From the human T2T-CHM13v2.0 reference genome, Homo sapiens, in NCBI RefSeq assembly GCF_009914755.1, contig NC_060929.1: a stretch of DNA of 64,000 nt; one strand, 5' to 3'. Below the pieces are notes generated by a model, which saw nothing but the letters and a program-made list of their open reading frames with translations, did not search any database and had not been told where the DNA came from. Below are positions 28,158-43,959 of the stretch, one piece after another. How positions within the stretch are numbered: position 1 is the stretch's first letter; every line of letters begins with the position of its first letter. The position numbers and the translations under genes were made by a program.

Positions 28158-28895
28158 GTTATTTATTTATCTAACTAGCCACTCTATGCCTTTTAAGTGG
28201 ATGGCTTAGACTGTTTACATTCAATATTAATATTGAAATGCTAGGTTTTTATTCCGTCAAAAAGTTGCTAGGTAGTTGCTTTGTAGTTTCTATTGTGTAG
28301 TTACTAAATTTATAGGGTCTGTGGACTATATACTTGTGTTTTTGTGGTAGCAGGTATTGTTCTTCTGTTTCCATGTTTAGAACTCCCTTAAGGGTCTCTT
28401 GTAAGGCAAGATTAGTGGTAATGAATTCCTTTAGAGATTGCTTGTTTGGAAAACATTTTATTTCTCCTTCACTTATGAAGCTTAGTTTGGTAGGATATAA
28501 ATTTTTGGTTGGAATTTATTTTATTTAAGAATCCTGAAAATAGGCCCTCAATCTCTTCTGCCTTGTTAGGTTTTTGCTGAGACATCCACTGTTAGCCTGA
28601 TGGGGTTCCCTTTGTACATGACCTGACCTTTTTCTCTAGCTACCTTTATGTTTTTTTCCCTAGTGTTGACTTTGACAGTCTGGTCACTATATGCCCTGAT
28701 GATGTTCATTTTGTATAGTATCTTGCAGGTGTTCTCTGGATTTTCATATCTCCATGTCTACTTCTCCAGCAATATTAGGGGAATTTTCTTGGATTATTCC
28801 TTCAAATAAGTTTTCCAGTTGTTTACTTTTTCTCCTTTTCTCTCAGAAATGCCAATAATTCATATGTTTGGTCACTTCACATAATCCCATACTTT

Positions 28896-29162
28896 TCAAA
28901 GACTTTGTTTATTTTTGAAAATTATTTTTTCTTTATTTTTTTCAGACTGGGTTAGTTCAAAAGACTGGTCTTTAAGCTCTGGAATTCTTTCTTCTGCTTG
29001 GACCAGTCTATTAATAAAGATTTTTGTTGCATTTTGAAATTCCTTAAGTGAGTTTTTCAATTCCAGAAACTCTGACTGATTTCTTTTTAAGATGTCTATC
29101 TCTTCCTTCCTTTCCTGGATTGCTTTAGAAGTCTCTTTGTGTTGTTTTGTCTTGGATCTCAT
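28896..29162 (-). pseudogene. L1 ORF1p coiled-coil remnant
   Basis: NQSEFLELKNSLKEFQN...RLVQAEERIPELKDQSFE. Confidence 0.85.
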
Positions 29163-31434
29163 TGAGCTTCCTTGGAACCTATGCTTTGAATTCTTTATGT
29201 GTCATTTCTGAGTTTCCATTTTGATTAGGGACCATCGCTGGAGAGCTAGCGTGATCCAAATTTTCTATGGTACCAGAATTCTTGTGCTGTTTCCTTCTCA
29301 TTGGAGATGTTGGCACTTCCAATTTTTGTAATTCTTTTCATGTGGATAGGATTTTTTATTTCTTTTCTTATAATTAAATATTTTTTCTTTCCCTTTCCCC
29401 TCCTCCCTAGGGGGTGTGACTGTTGAGAATTTTGGGTAGACTCTTTTGGCTTTGCTTCTATAGCCTTATGCATTTCTGTGGGCAGCTTTTATATTGATCT
29501 GTGTAGTTCAACCTACAAACCAGTAGATGACACTTATGGGTAAGAACCACCTGCAGCCAATGCAGATGGGTATATACTTGATCTTTGCTTACTGGGAAGA
29601 GCTCTCTGTTACCTCAGGCAATAGGCTGATCTGTGGAGTACACAGTCGTCTGAATTCCCTGCTTAGCCCTGTGGAGTAAGAGGGACAAAGAAATGTGGGC
29701 CTGGATTGGACAGGCCTGCCTACAGGTCCCCAAATGGCAGGCACAAGCACCAATGCCAAAGAAAGGTCTAGTGGGTGGCCACTGAGTGCCCAGATGTGTG
29801 CCTGAGTATGGAGCTGGAAAACCTCCTTGGCCCCAAATTCTGTGAATGAGGAGGTGGGTGTCAATCTAAACTCCTAATCCAGGAAAGTGGGTGCTCCAGA
29901 TGCCTGGAGATCTGCCTGGGTATGGAGCAAAGAGGGCTCTGTTGACCCATGTTTTATGCACAGGAAGGCTGGGGTCGCTCAGGCTGCTGATCCAGGTGAG
30001 TGGGAGCTCCAGCTGCCTGGAGATCTGCCTGGATGTGAAGCAGAAAGGGCCCTGCTGCACCACAATCTATACACAAGAAGAGTGGGGCAACTCAGGCTCA
30101 GGCTGCTAATCCATTTAAGTGGGTGTTATGACTCCCTGGTGATCTCCCTGGGCATGGAGCAGAGAGGGCCCCGATGCATCACAATCTCAAGGGAGCAGGC
30201 TGGGGCACCCAGCAATGACACATGCAGACCAGTTCCAGGTCTCCAAGCTGGCTCTGGATGCAAGTCTCATTGCCTATGAGAAACTACAGCTGCAGCAGCT
30301 CTCCTACCACCCCAGACCTGCAACAGGGGGAAGCACAATTCCACTGCCTACTGCTGGGATGCTTTCCATACTCACCACTCAATTCTGGTTGTGACGGCCC
30401 CTACCCCAATCCATTGCAAGTGCTCCAATCTCTGGCCTTAGAATAAAATGTCTGTGTGACCATGCTGCTGAGTTGCCAAAGAATGACTGACATTGAGCCT
30501 GGATTATAAATGGCTTCCTGCTCTTAGTCCTGGGTCTGGAAAAATGCCTGCAACTTTTCCTAGTGTTTTTCCCTCTCAGCGTCTCCAAGCCTCTCCACCA
30601 GTTAGCTCAAAGTTCTCTTCCTTGGTCTGGGTTGCATGGATCCCCAGTGGAAGGGTAGGTCAAATAGGGAGCCTCTTTGCCCCTCTCAAGTAATAGGGCT
30701 TTGCCCACTTTTATAAGCCAGACACTGTCACAGGGGCTGTTGGCCCACCTGCTCCTCCCCTGGGCTATCCTTTCTATTCCAGTGGATTTCCATTTTCTTT
30801 CTTAAATTAAAGCTCACAGAGTTGATCTTAATGCGCTACTTTGCTATTTTCAAGTGGCTGAGTTACACTAAAAGCCTCCAATCCACCGTCTTAGGGAAAA
30901 AAACCTACTTATAGCCTCCTTCACTTAAAGAAATCAAACAAGATGCAGCACCCTAAAAAGGATCTGACCAGTGCCATCCATTACAAAAGATTGCTTTCCT
31001 AGTAACAGCACATATTGCTTTCTTAATTATATTTAGAGTCACTTTGATGACCCACAGGCTTTTGCCCACCATACTTCCATGAGTTGAGTTAATCTTCTCT
31101 CTCCTCTCTGTGAGGTTTTCCATACTTTTGTGTATCACCCTACATGCCAATGCTTGAATCTAGTGTTCACTTGGCTCCTGAAATTGAGGCTTTCTTTCTT
31201 GCCCACCTTCACCTGTAGATGAGAATCTTATTTATTTCTCTATTTTGGCTCCATAACAGCAGCACACATTTTTCAGAGGCTCAGAAAAGGGACCTTCCTC
31301 TGAAGTGAGCCCTGTTTTACATTCTGAGCTCCCTTTAGGCTCTTCCCTTTAAAATGAAAGAAGCTGAATTCTTCTCATGTTCAACATGATCACTCAGCTT
31401 GGATCACATCTCTTTATGAACCAATGCTTTCTAT

Positions 31435-31560
31435 TTATTTTGTTCATTCATTCTTTTCTCAACAAGTAGTTATTGAGTGCCAGCCAGGTACTGTTCTAGG
31501 TTCTGATAACACTATAGTGAACAAAACAGACCAAGACCCTACTCCTATGGTTTGTATAGT
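31435..31560 (-). mobile_element. L2 3' end
   Basis: TTCATTCATT...TTATTGAGTGCC...GTGAACAAAACAGAC. Confidence 0.7.
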
Positions 31561-32875
31561 GAATGTTACGCAATTTGAGCATAAACAAGCTTGAGCTGTG
31601 AGATAAAAATCATTTGAAAGTTACTTTATATTTTCTGGCAAAGTCTACTTTCTCCCCACTTTTAGAAAATAAAGCTATAAGACAGAGAGATTACTTGACT
31701 TGTTCATAAGCAGTCCCTGGTAGAGCTAAACTGGATCTAAGATGTTAGACTCTCCGTGTTCTTTTCACCACACTGGGCTAATGGAAAAGGTTTGAGAAGT
31801 CACTCTAGCTGACAGACACAACATGAGTTCATGTAGTGCTTCTTAGTTATAGGAACATTTATGAGATGTTAGCTGATGTTGCTGTAGATCTTGAAATGAA
31901 AGAACACAAAGAACATGGAAGAGAAGAAAAACCAAAAAGTAGTGTTTGAAACTTCTTTGGTGAACCAGACCCCTTTACTTCAGTAAGCTTCTACAAAGTC
32001 AGACTTCCAAGTTGCAGCAAATAGTGTGAGCAAATATATATGACTTAGTGAATCTTTCAAAAACAGATCCCTTTTGTTTTCTTCAAGGGAACATAAAAGC
32101 TGCTTTCAGAGAGCAAGTTAGGCAGTGAATTTTCTTGTTTTAATTTCAAAGTTCAGCATGTCATTTTACATTCCCAATGGCTTCCTGTTTCTCTTTTCCT
32201 TCAGAGTTAAGATTAACAGCAATTTTCCATCTCGAAAACGATGCAAATGTTCCACCCTTATGGATTACAGAGGGGCTGGGTTCATGAATGTCATGGGAAC
32301 ACCCGGGCCTGTAGGAGGTAGCTTGGGCTTTTTTAAAGGCTTCCCTGTAGACTGGGCAAGGGGGTGGCTTTTCCTCACAGTAGAGGAAGATAATTCCAAA
32401 TTCCTTTTTTTTTTTTTTTTTTCCAAATTAAAAGCCCATGCTCAGAGTCACCCTTCCAAGGCTTCTAGTTGTGCAGCCTGGGAAAATCACCCTTTGTGAT
32501 GTCTACACTTGCTCTAATGCTGAGTATCATGAGTCTTCCTCCATCCCTGAGGCCGGAAACTGTCAATGCTGACTCCATGCTGTTGGGCCCCTGCCTCTGT
32601 TAGCACATCATTTCCCTTCTACAACCTCAGGGGAAGCAATGAGGAATTAGTGGGGACAGAAAAGACTAGAAACAGGAGTAAATCTGTACCAAGAAAATGT
32701 ACTTCTAAGAAAGAAATTAAAGAGAAGGAAGCATTATGGTGACTCAAAAGTGAAATATTTACAAATCAGCAGCAAATTCGGAGATTTTAAAAAAAGTTTA
32801 CAAAGAAACACGACAAAATCTTTAGGAAATCTCCATCCTTCCACACTTCCTCATCACTCTACCTACCCCCCCAAA

Positions 32876-32885
32876 ACACACACAC

Positions 32886-32917
<32 letters not shown>
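32876..32917. repeat. (CA)n microsatellite with one interruption
   Basis: Direct observation. Confidence 0.97.
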
Positions 32918-33789
32918 TATAAGTTGCCAACAAATGCAGTCTGGCAATAAGTGGCAGTAAGGGATTTAATCATTTCCCAAGTGAAGCGAGGGAAGATCTG
33001 TTCCTTTGTCTCTAGAATTTATGATTCACAAGACGTCAAACAACCCTACACACTGCAAATGGAAGCAATCGTGTTGCCTGACAGAAATCCCTCTGTCTGC
33101 ATTTGTTTGCTTAGAGATGATGCTTGTTAGAACCATCAATCCTGGGAATCAAAACTCTGGTTCTCAGCTGTCATCTTGCCACATATTGCCTTTAGCTAGA
33201 TCTTGAAGATATATCTACCTTTCTGTGGTCACTGAGGTAAAGTGAGATTCTTTTGAATTCCGTCAGTATTTTTTTTTTCCTCTGGAGTGTTAAAAATGAG
33301 TACTACATTTTCTGGCTTCAAGTCAATCATAGTCTTGTCTTTTTGAAGATGATCAGAGGCAGTGTAACCCAGTGAGTATGGTGACCTTATGTGCATGGTC
33401 TCTGTCAAAGACTGCTAACTGGTTTGAACATGAAGTTGTGGTAAACTGTATCTTTCACTTATGACTTAGGTTCCTCTGAACTGTTGGATGGCTGCAGATC
33501 CCAATAAATTTTTCCAAACAGTCATAGCCATGTAAGAATATAAGACTTCACATGTCGTAGAAAGTTCCCAGGAGGATGGTAACTATTTTTTGTGCTTATA
33601 ATTATAAGAGCGGATCAGTATAACTTTCACTGATATTATATCATGGTAACTACACATCAATCACGTGGTGATATAATTAATCTTCAGGAACCAAATTACA
33701 TTCATTCTGATCCATCACCCTTACTAGGATCCAAAAGAAATGCAGAACTATTTACAATTTAATAGAAGAAACAGAACTAACACCCAGGA

Positions 33790-34350
33790 GGCATTAGAAT
33801 GGATAAGGCTCTAGAGCCAGACTATAGATTTGAATCCTGATTGTGCTACTCACTAACTGTAAGACCATGGAAACTTTTCTTAATCTATGTCATGCTTTGG
33901 TTACCCTACCTGTAAAACTAGGATAATAATAATAGAGTCTGCCCCATGAAGTTATAATGGCCAAATGAATTAATACAACAGCTCTCCATATCTGCACATT
34001 CAACTAACGGTGGATGAAAAATGTTCCAAAAACTAATAAAAATAACAGCATCACAATAAAAATAATACAAATAACAATAAATATAACAACTATTTATATT
34101 AGCATTTACATTGTAATAGGTATAAATAATCTAGAGATTATTTAAATTATATGGGAAGGTATGTATAAGTTATATGCAAATACTACATCATTTTACAGGT
34201 ACTTGAGCATCTGAAGATTTTGGTATCTGTGAGGGTCTTAGATCCAGTCCTCTGTGGATACCAAGGAACAGTTGCACTTTTAAATGTTTTTGAAGTGTTT
34301 AAGCCATGATAAAGGCTCTGTAAATGTTAGATATTAATATAGTAACTGCC
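33790..34350 (+). mobile_element. MIR split by MER2
   Basis: GGCTCTAGAGCCAGACT...CTGTAAAACTAGGATAATAATA; resumes after 34276 to TAAATGTTAG. Confidence 0.7.
33976..34274. mobile_element. MER2 (TcMar-Tigger) non-autonomous DNA transposon
   Basis: ACTTGAGCATCTGAAGATTTTGGTATCTGTGAGGG...GGATACCAAGGAACAGTTG; TA at the left flank. Confidence 0.85.
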
Positions 34351-35076
34351 TTAAAAAACTAGACTAATTTGGGACCAACTGATAATAATATTAACCACAT
34401 TCAGAGTTCAGAACACATATATATGTCAATAAAGTCTGGAGAAGTTAGAGCTGGCCTTATGGAGGGGGTGATACTGAAGCTCAGTTTTGTATACAGGTAT
34501 AACTTGCAAGGTGAAGGAATAATTCTGGCAATGTCATACATATATAAATGAAGTGAACGTTGCACATAAGGAGGAGGCTGAGGAATATGTTCCACAAGAG
34601 CCAAAGCTGCGAGATCCTCAGGCAACAGCTGCGAAGAATAAGCACTCACTGTCCAAAATTCTTCCCAAACCAACTGATTGGTAGTGAAGGTGATAGAATG
34701 AGTACATTGCAAAAGATGACAGAAAACAATTTTAGAAGTAGAGTTAATTTATACTAGTACAAGAAAACAAGCACCATTATTGAGTAGAAATTTAGAGGAG
34801 TTACTAGGAGGCTGTATAAATCAGACTACTAAGTTGAAAATAACAGAATTCATTCTGTCTGTTTTAAGCAGAAAATGAACTTATTAAGGGATATTAACAA
34901 CCTCTCAGAATGGAGAAGGAAGAATAGAATCAAATTGTAGAGCTATACAGCCCAAAACGATGCTTAACCATGCCTCTCTAGCTAAAATTTCCTGCCACCG
35001 CTGTTCAGCACCTACCACATTCAGGACTGGATAACAGAAGCCCCATTAGTGCCATCTCTGGATTAATGGTCTAAGT

Positions 35077-35283
35077 CAGCCTATGGCAAACTCATAGGCT
35101 AATTGCCTATTTTTGAAAATAAAGTTTTATTGGAACACAGCCATATACATTAGTTCACAAAGTGGCTGTGGTGGTTTTTATACTACAACAGCAGAGTTGA
35201 ATAGTTACAATAGAGTCCATGTGGCCCATAAAGCTGAAATATTTATTATGTGGCCTTTTCCAGAAAAAGTTTGCCAAAGCCTG
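35077..35283. mobile_element. MER58A hAT relic
   Basis: AATAAAGTTTTATTGGAACACAGCCA; CAGCAGAGTTGAATAGTT; AGAAAAAGTTTGCC. Confidence 0.88.
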
Positions 35284-35399
35284 GTCTAGATACTTTTTTA
35301 CCCCTGAGGAGGAAAAGGGACCCATTCTAGAACCAAAAATGAAACCATGGCATACCCTACCGATCAGCACATTCTCTCTATCCTCAGATACAGGCTACA

Positions 35400-38140
<2,741 letters not shown>

Positions 38141-38149
38141 GAAAAAAAT

Positions 38150-38390
38150 ATGGTGCATAGGCTGTGAGATATAATTGAAGGAGCCTGAACTTTAGAATCA
38201 AGCAAACTTGGCTTCTATAAGCCTGGTTGTTGCCTTCTGGCTGCAGGACTTTAGGTAAGTCACTCAAGCTCTCTGAACCATCATCTGAATTTATCAGTCC
38301 TTAAAATGAGGGTAATCACATAAAAATATCCATGTAAATGTCAAATAATGCTTTATACATAATAAGTTTGCAGTAAAATCAGCTATGTTC
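38150..38390 (+). mobile_element. MIR
   Basis: GACTTTAGGTAAGTCACTCAAGCTCTCTGAACC...TAAAATGAGGGTAAT. Confidence 0.65.
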
Positions 38391-39984
38391 CTTCTCTTGG
38401 GGAAAAGAAAAAAGTAAGCAGACGTAGCGCAGAGAACTCGTAGTGACTTGATTCGAAATATGTTTTAGGAAGATTTGTTTGGCAATTCTTAAAAAAAATA
38501 AAATCCATTGTCATGGCTTCATCTTTTCTTTTCTTTCTTTCTTTTTTTTTTTTTTTTTGGTCTAAACGTTGGTATTGTAAAATTGTAAACCTTTGGGATG
38601 AACTATTTGTTCTTCATTTTCAGACATGACCTAGCTGAAAATCTGAACAAAAGAATGAAAATTCCCTAGGGAAGCCCATAACTGTGTAGCTTTATTTGAT
38701 CCTCTCATAATCAGCATTGTGGCTAAGCTCCCATGGAGGCCTTCTCTCTAATTGTTTTTCACCAGGAGTATTTTCCTTTCAGGTTTCTAAGCTATCACTA
38801 CAGGTACTGAAGTATAACCAATTATTCCTCAGTAAGTTGAAGGATACCTTGAAGGTAGACCTAGTTCAATTAGAGCATGAAATGTTGTCATCACAGATAT
38901 TCCATGAGGATTTCTCAAAGTTAGGATAGACATTCTGCATTTTCCTGGAAGATAACTGATATTCTGGAAAGATAGTTTCATATTATATGCCCCTATCTGC
39001 CTAGCCAAAGCCCAGTGCTCCTAGTTTCATCAATCAGGATAACCTTCACATTCTAACACATGCCCCTAGGGGATAATATTTGGCTGTGGTGGACTTAATG
39101 ATAATAATAGTAACAAATTCTACAAATACCTACAATAGAGGAATGAGACTGTGCCTGTTAACAATCTTCCCACTAGGGTTCTCTCATCCTATGTCTTTGT
39201 CTTCATCTTCTGTTCACACAATAAACCATCCTGATTGAATCTCCAGATCTTGGTGGCACTACACTGAGCTGTGCCTTGAGAAGGCAGGAGAAAGATGTCA
39301 ACATTTTCGGTGTACAGTGTGCTATCAAGTCATGACACCACTGCCCATATCGGCTTCAAAAGACTTAGAAATGGAGATTTTTGTAGTCAATGATAAAAGT
39401 GGATAGGCTGAAGTGCATGAAATATTAAGAAAGCAACAGCTGTGTGCCTCTTAGTGCATCCTGTGAATCATTTAACATCCTACTCTGAGAACCACACCTT
39501 TTCAGGCCCCTTTATATGTGCTCTATGCTTTGGGATGAGCACTAAGTTTATTTTAAGATCACACAGAGATGGTCCAAGGTCCAAGGAGGCACTGTGTTTC
39601 CTAGAAGGTAAAGAAGCAGAGGTAAGCTGCCAGAGGCTATGGAAGTAAGGAGGATGGAGTAGACAATTTAAAATAGGCTGAGGCCTCTGTCCCTGCTTTA
39701 ATCTTGTTCTTTTCTTTCTCCTAGTATTCAGCCTAACCATTGCACTCTTGTATCCAAGGCCTCATTAGATTCTCCTGGTAGACCTGAGTGAATTGTGTGA
39801 AGCTATTGCCAACATCATATTGTCTAAGAGAAAGTATACTAGGCTAAGTTTCTGGCTGGGAGTCTTGCCTTTTAGTTATCCTCTTCAATTGGCCCTTATG
39901 GTTTGTCATCTGTCATTTGGCTGCTCTGTGCCTCAGCAGCTACTTCCAGAGCTGAAAAGACAGATTTGTACAGAAGCATGTGCT

Positions 39985-42900
39985 TTCTGACCAAGATGGG
40001 GGTAACAGGGTATATACTTATCCTTCTGACTGGAACAACTAAAACAACAGACAAAATATGTGGAAAAAAATGGCTCTCAAGACACTGAACATCAAGCAAT
40101 AAAGACAATGATCCCTGAGAAACAAAGACAAATTAAGTGACCACTATAATTGACCAGCTTACTGGGGAACATCTCCAGGCTGTGGTGCATGGAGGGAGAC
40201 CAAGGCAAATCTCAGAGGTCTTCCTGAGTTAAAGAGATGAAGCTGGGTGTTTGAAGAAGCCAATGAAGTGGGAGTTTACAAGGTAGAGTACTGATATGGT
40301 TTGGCTGTGTCCTCACCCAAATCTCACCTTACACTGTAGCTCCCATAATTCCCATGTGTCATCAGAGGGACCTGGTGGGAGGCACTTGCATCATGGGGGC
40401 GGGTCTTTCCCATGCTGTTTTCATGATACTGTATAAGTCTCCTGAGATCTGATGATTTTATAAAGGGGAGTTTCCCTGCACATGCTCTCTTGTCTGCTGC
40501 CATGTAAGACATGACTTTGCTCCTCATTCACCTTCCACCATGATTGTGAGGCCTCCCCAGCCATGCAGAACTGTGAGTCAATTAAACCACTTTCCTTTAT
40601 AAATTACCCAGTCTTGGATATGTCTTTATTAGCAGCGTGAGAACAGACTAATACAGTTAGTTGGTACCAGCAGAGTGAGGTGCTACTGTAAAGATACCCA
40701 AAAATGTGGAAGCAGTTTTGGAATTGGGAAACAGGCAGAGGTTGGAACAGTTTAGAGGGCTCAAAAGAAGACAGGAAAATATGGGAAAGTTTGGAATTTC
40801 CTAGAGATTTGTTGAATGGCTTTGACCAAAATGTTGATAGTGATATGAACAATAAAGTCAAAACTGAGATTGTTTCAGATGGAGATGAGGAACTTGTTGT
40901 GAACTGGAGCAAAGGTCACTCTTGTTATGCTTTAGCAAAGAGACTGGTGGATTTTGCTCCTGCCCTAGAGATCTGTGGAACTTTGAACTTGAGAGATGAG
41001 AGAGATGATTTAGGGTATCTGGCAGAATATGCTTCAAGAGGAAGCAGAGCATAAAAGTTTGGAAAGTTTGCAGCCTGACAATGTGATAGAAAAGAAAAGC
41101 CCATTTTTCTGAGGAGAAATTCAAGCTGGCTGCAGAAATTTGCATAAGTAACCAGGAGCCAAGTGTTAATCACCAAGACAATGGGGAAAATATCTCCAGG
41201 GCATGTCAGAAAGCAGCCCCTCCCATCACAGAACTGGAGGCTTAGGAGGGAAACATGGTATCCTGGGCCAGGTCCAGAGACCCCCTGCTGTGTGCAGCCT
41301 CTGGACTTGGTGCTATTCATTCCAGCACCTCCAGCCATGGCTAAAAGGAGCCAACGTACGGTTCAGGCCATGGCTTCAGAGGTTGCAAGCCCCAAGTCTT
41401 GGCAGCTTCCATGTGGTGTTGACCCTGTGGATGCACAGAAGTCAAGAATTAAGCTTTGGGAACCTCCACCTAGATTTCAGAGGATGTATGGAAACTCCTG
41501 GATGTCCAGGCAGAATTTTACTTCTGGGGCAGGGCCCTCATGGAGAACCTCTGCTAGGGCAGTGCAGAAGGAAAAAAATGTGGAGGTGAAGTCCCAACAC
41601 AGTGTCCCCACTGGGACCCTGCCTAGTGGAGCTGTGAGAAGAGGGCCACCATCCTCCAGACCCTAGAATGGTAGATCCACTGACAGCTTGCACCATGTGC
41701 CTGGAAAAGCCATAGACACTCAAGATCAGCCTGTGAAACCAGCCAAGATTGGGGCTGCACCCTACAAAGCCACAGGGGCAGAGCTGCCCAAGGCCATGGG
41801 AACCCACCTCTTGCATCATTGTGCCCTGGATGTGAGACATGGAGTCAAAGGAGATCATTTTGGAACTTTAAGGTTTAATGACTGCCCTGTTGGATTTCAG
41901 ACTTGCATGGGGCCTGTAGCCCCTTCATTTTGGCCAATTGTCCCCATTTGCCATGATATGTTTACCCAATTCCTGTACCCCCATTGTATCTGGGAAGTAA
42001 CTAACTTGCTTTTGATCCTACAAGTTCATAGGCAGAAGGGACTTGCCTTGTCTCAGATGAGACTGTGGACTGTGGACTTTTGAGTTAATGCTGAAATAAG
42101 TTAAGATTTTGGGGGACTGTTGGGAGGGTATGATTAGTTTTGAAATGTGAGGACATGAGATTTGGGAAGGGCTGAGGTAGAATAAATAATATGATTTGGC
42201 TGTGTCCCCACCCAAATTTCATCTTGAATTGTAACTCTCATAATTTCCACATGTCATGGGAGGGAACTGGTAGGAGGTAACTGCACCATGGGGGCAGGGG
42301 GCTTTCCCATGCTGTTCTTATGACAGTGAGTGAGTTCTCATGAGATCTGATGGTTTTATAAAGGGGAGTTCCCCTGCGCACACTCTCTTCCCTGCTGTCA
42401 TGTAAGTCGTGACTCTGTTCGTCATTCACCTTCCATTATGATTCTGAAGCCTCCCTAGACATGTGGAACTGTGAGTCAATTAAACTTTTTTCCTTTATAA
42501 ATTACTCAGTCTTAGATATGTCTTTATTAGTAGCATGAGAACAGACTAATACAAGTACTACAGAACATAGATGCTCAGAGAGATAAATTAGAAAGTTCAT
42601 AGACAGTCTGCCTTGAATATTCAGTTGATTACTGATCAGAGCATTCATGTGAGAAACTTACCTTGAGCCAGGAAAAAGATCACTAAAAGGATTAGAAGGA
42701 AAAATGTCTGAAGCTTACAAAGGACGGGGACTAATGCTGATTCCCACCAGTCAGAATAAAAAACTTCATAAGTCATGGGACATCAGATAGAGAACTACTA
42801 AGGGTCTTGCTTCAGTAGTGGGGCATAGTTACCCCTAAACGAAATGCTGTGCTGAAGGTCCAACCTGAAAAGCTTAAAAGCACGAGCTAAAGAATCAAAC

Positions 42901-43930
42901 TGTTTCCAAGTAATATAACTATGCCCCAGACCAAAGTTCATGAATATATTTAGGAATACAAAAATAATCCCCACCTAAGGTACATTCATAACGTCTGGCA
43001 TCCAATACAATGTTATCAGGTATCTTGAGAGGCAGGGAAATACAACCCATAATGAGGGAAAAAATAAGTCAATTGAAACTAACACAGATAGGCCACCAAT
43101 GATGGCATTAGTAGTCAAGGATATGGAAAGCATTAATATAACACTATTCCATATACTCAACAAACTAGAGTAAATATTGATTATACCAAGAGAGACATAG
43201 TAGATACAAAAATAAAAATTTTAGTGATAAAAACTGAGGTGAAAAATATACTAGATGGGTTGATTAGATTAGAGATTGAAGAAAAAAGGTAAGAAACCTG
43301 AATAGAAATTATCTAGAATGAAACAGAATAAGGGTTGAAAAAAATGAGTAGAGCATCAGTGAACCAAGGGACAACTTGTAGGAGCCAAAGATTGTGAAAT
43401 TGGAATCTCTGGAGGAAGAAATGGGAAAGAGGTCAGAAAAATATTTGAAGTAATAGTAGCTGAGTGTTTCCAAATTCAATAAAAACTACAACTTACTGAT
43501 CCAAGAAGTTCAACAAAACCCAAATACAAGAAAACCAAGAAAAATGCACCATGAAATAGCACAATAAAATTTCTTAAAACTGGTGAAAAACAGAAATGCA
43601 GTCAGAAAATAAGTACCTTACATGCACACTGAGGAATAATGGTAAGGATGACAGATTTCTTGTAAGAAACCACATAAGCTAGAAGACAGTAAAGCAACAT
43701 CTTTAAAGTACTGTAAGAAAAACAGTCAACATAGAATTCTTTATCTCACTAAAAAATCTTTCAAAGGCAAAGTCAAAATAAAGACTTTAAATACATTCAA
43801 AGGCTGAAATAATTTATTACCAACAGATTTGCACTATAAGGGATGTTAAAAATAAGCCTTTTATGCAGAAGTAAAATTATACCAGATAAAAACATAGCTC
43901 TACAAAAAGGAGTAAAAAGCTCCAGAAATG
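39985..43930 (+). mobile_element. Old L1M 5' UTR/ORF1 region, split by THE1
   Basis: CCAAGATGG start; GATCCAAGAAGTTCAAC, GACAGATTTCT, ACATCTTTAAAGTACTG ORF1-like motifs. Confidence 0.65.
40292..42553 (+). mobile_element. Full-length THE1 (THE1C-like) MaLR: LTR 40292-40655, internal region, LTR 42187-42553
   Basis: Two TGATATGGTTTGGCTGTGTCC...CTAATACA LTRs around THE1-int; exact 5-bp TSD AGTAC at 40287-40291 and 42554-42558. Confidence 0.95.
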
Positions 43931-43959
43931 TTTACTGAAAATAAATGGGATAGGGAACC

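Noticed and set aside
40604-42215. ORFs up to 167 aa, with paralogous ORFs at 53685-55160
   Set aside because: THE1 internal sequence; frames and stops differ between the two copies, so these are decayed MaLR remnants and not a duplicated gene
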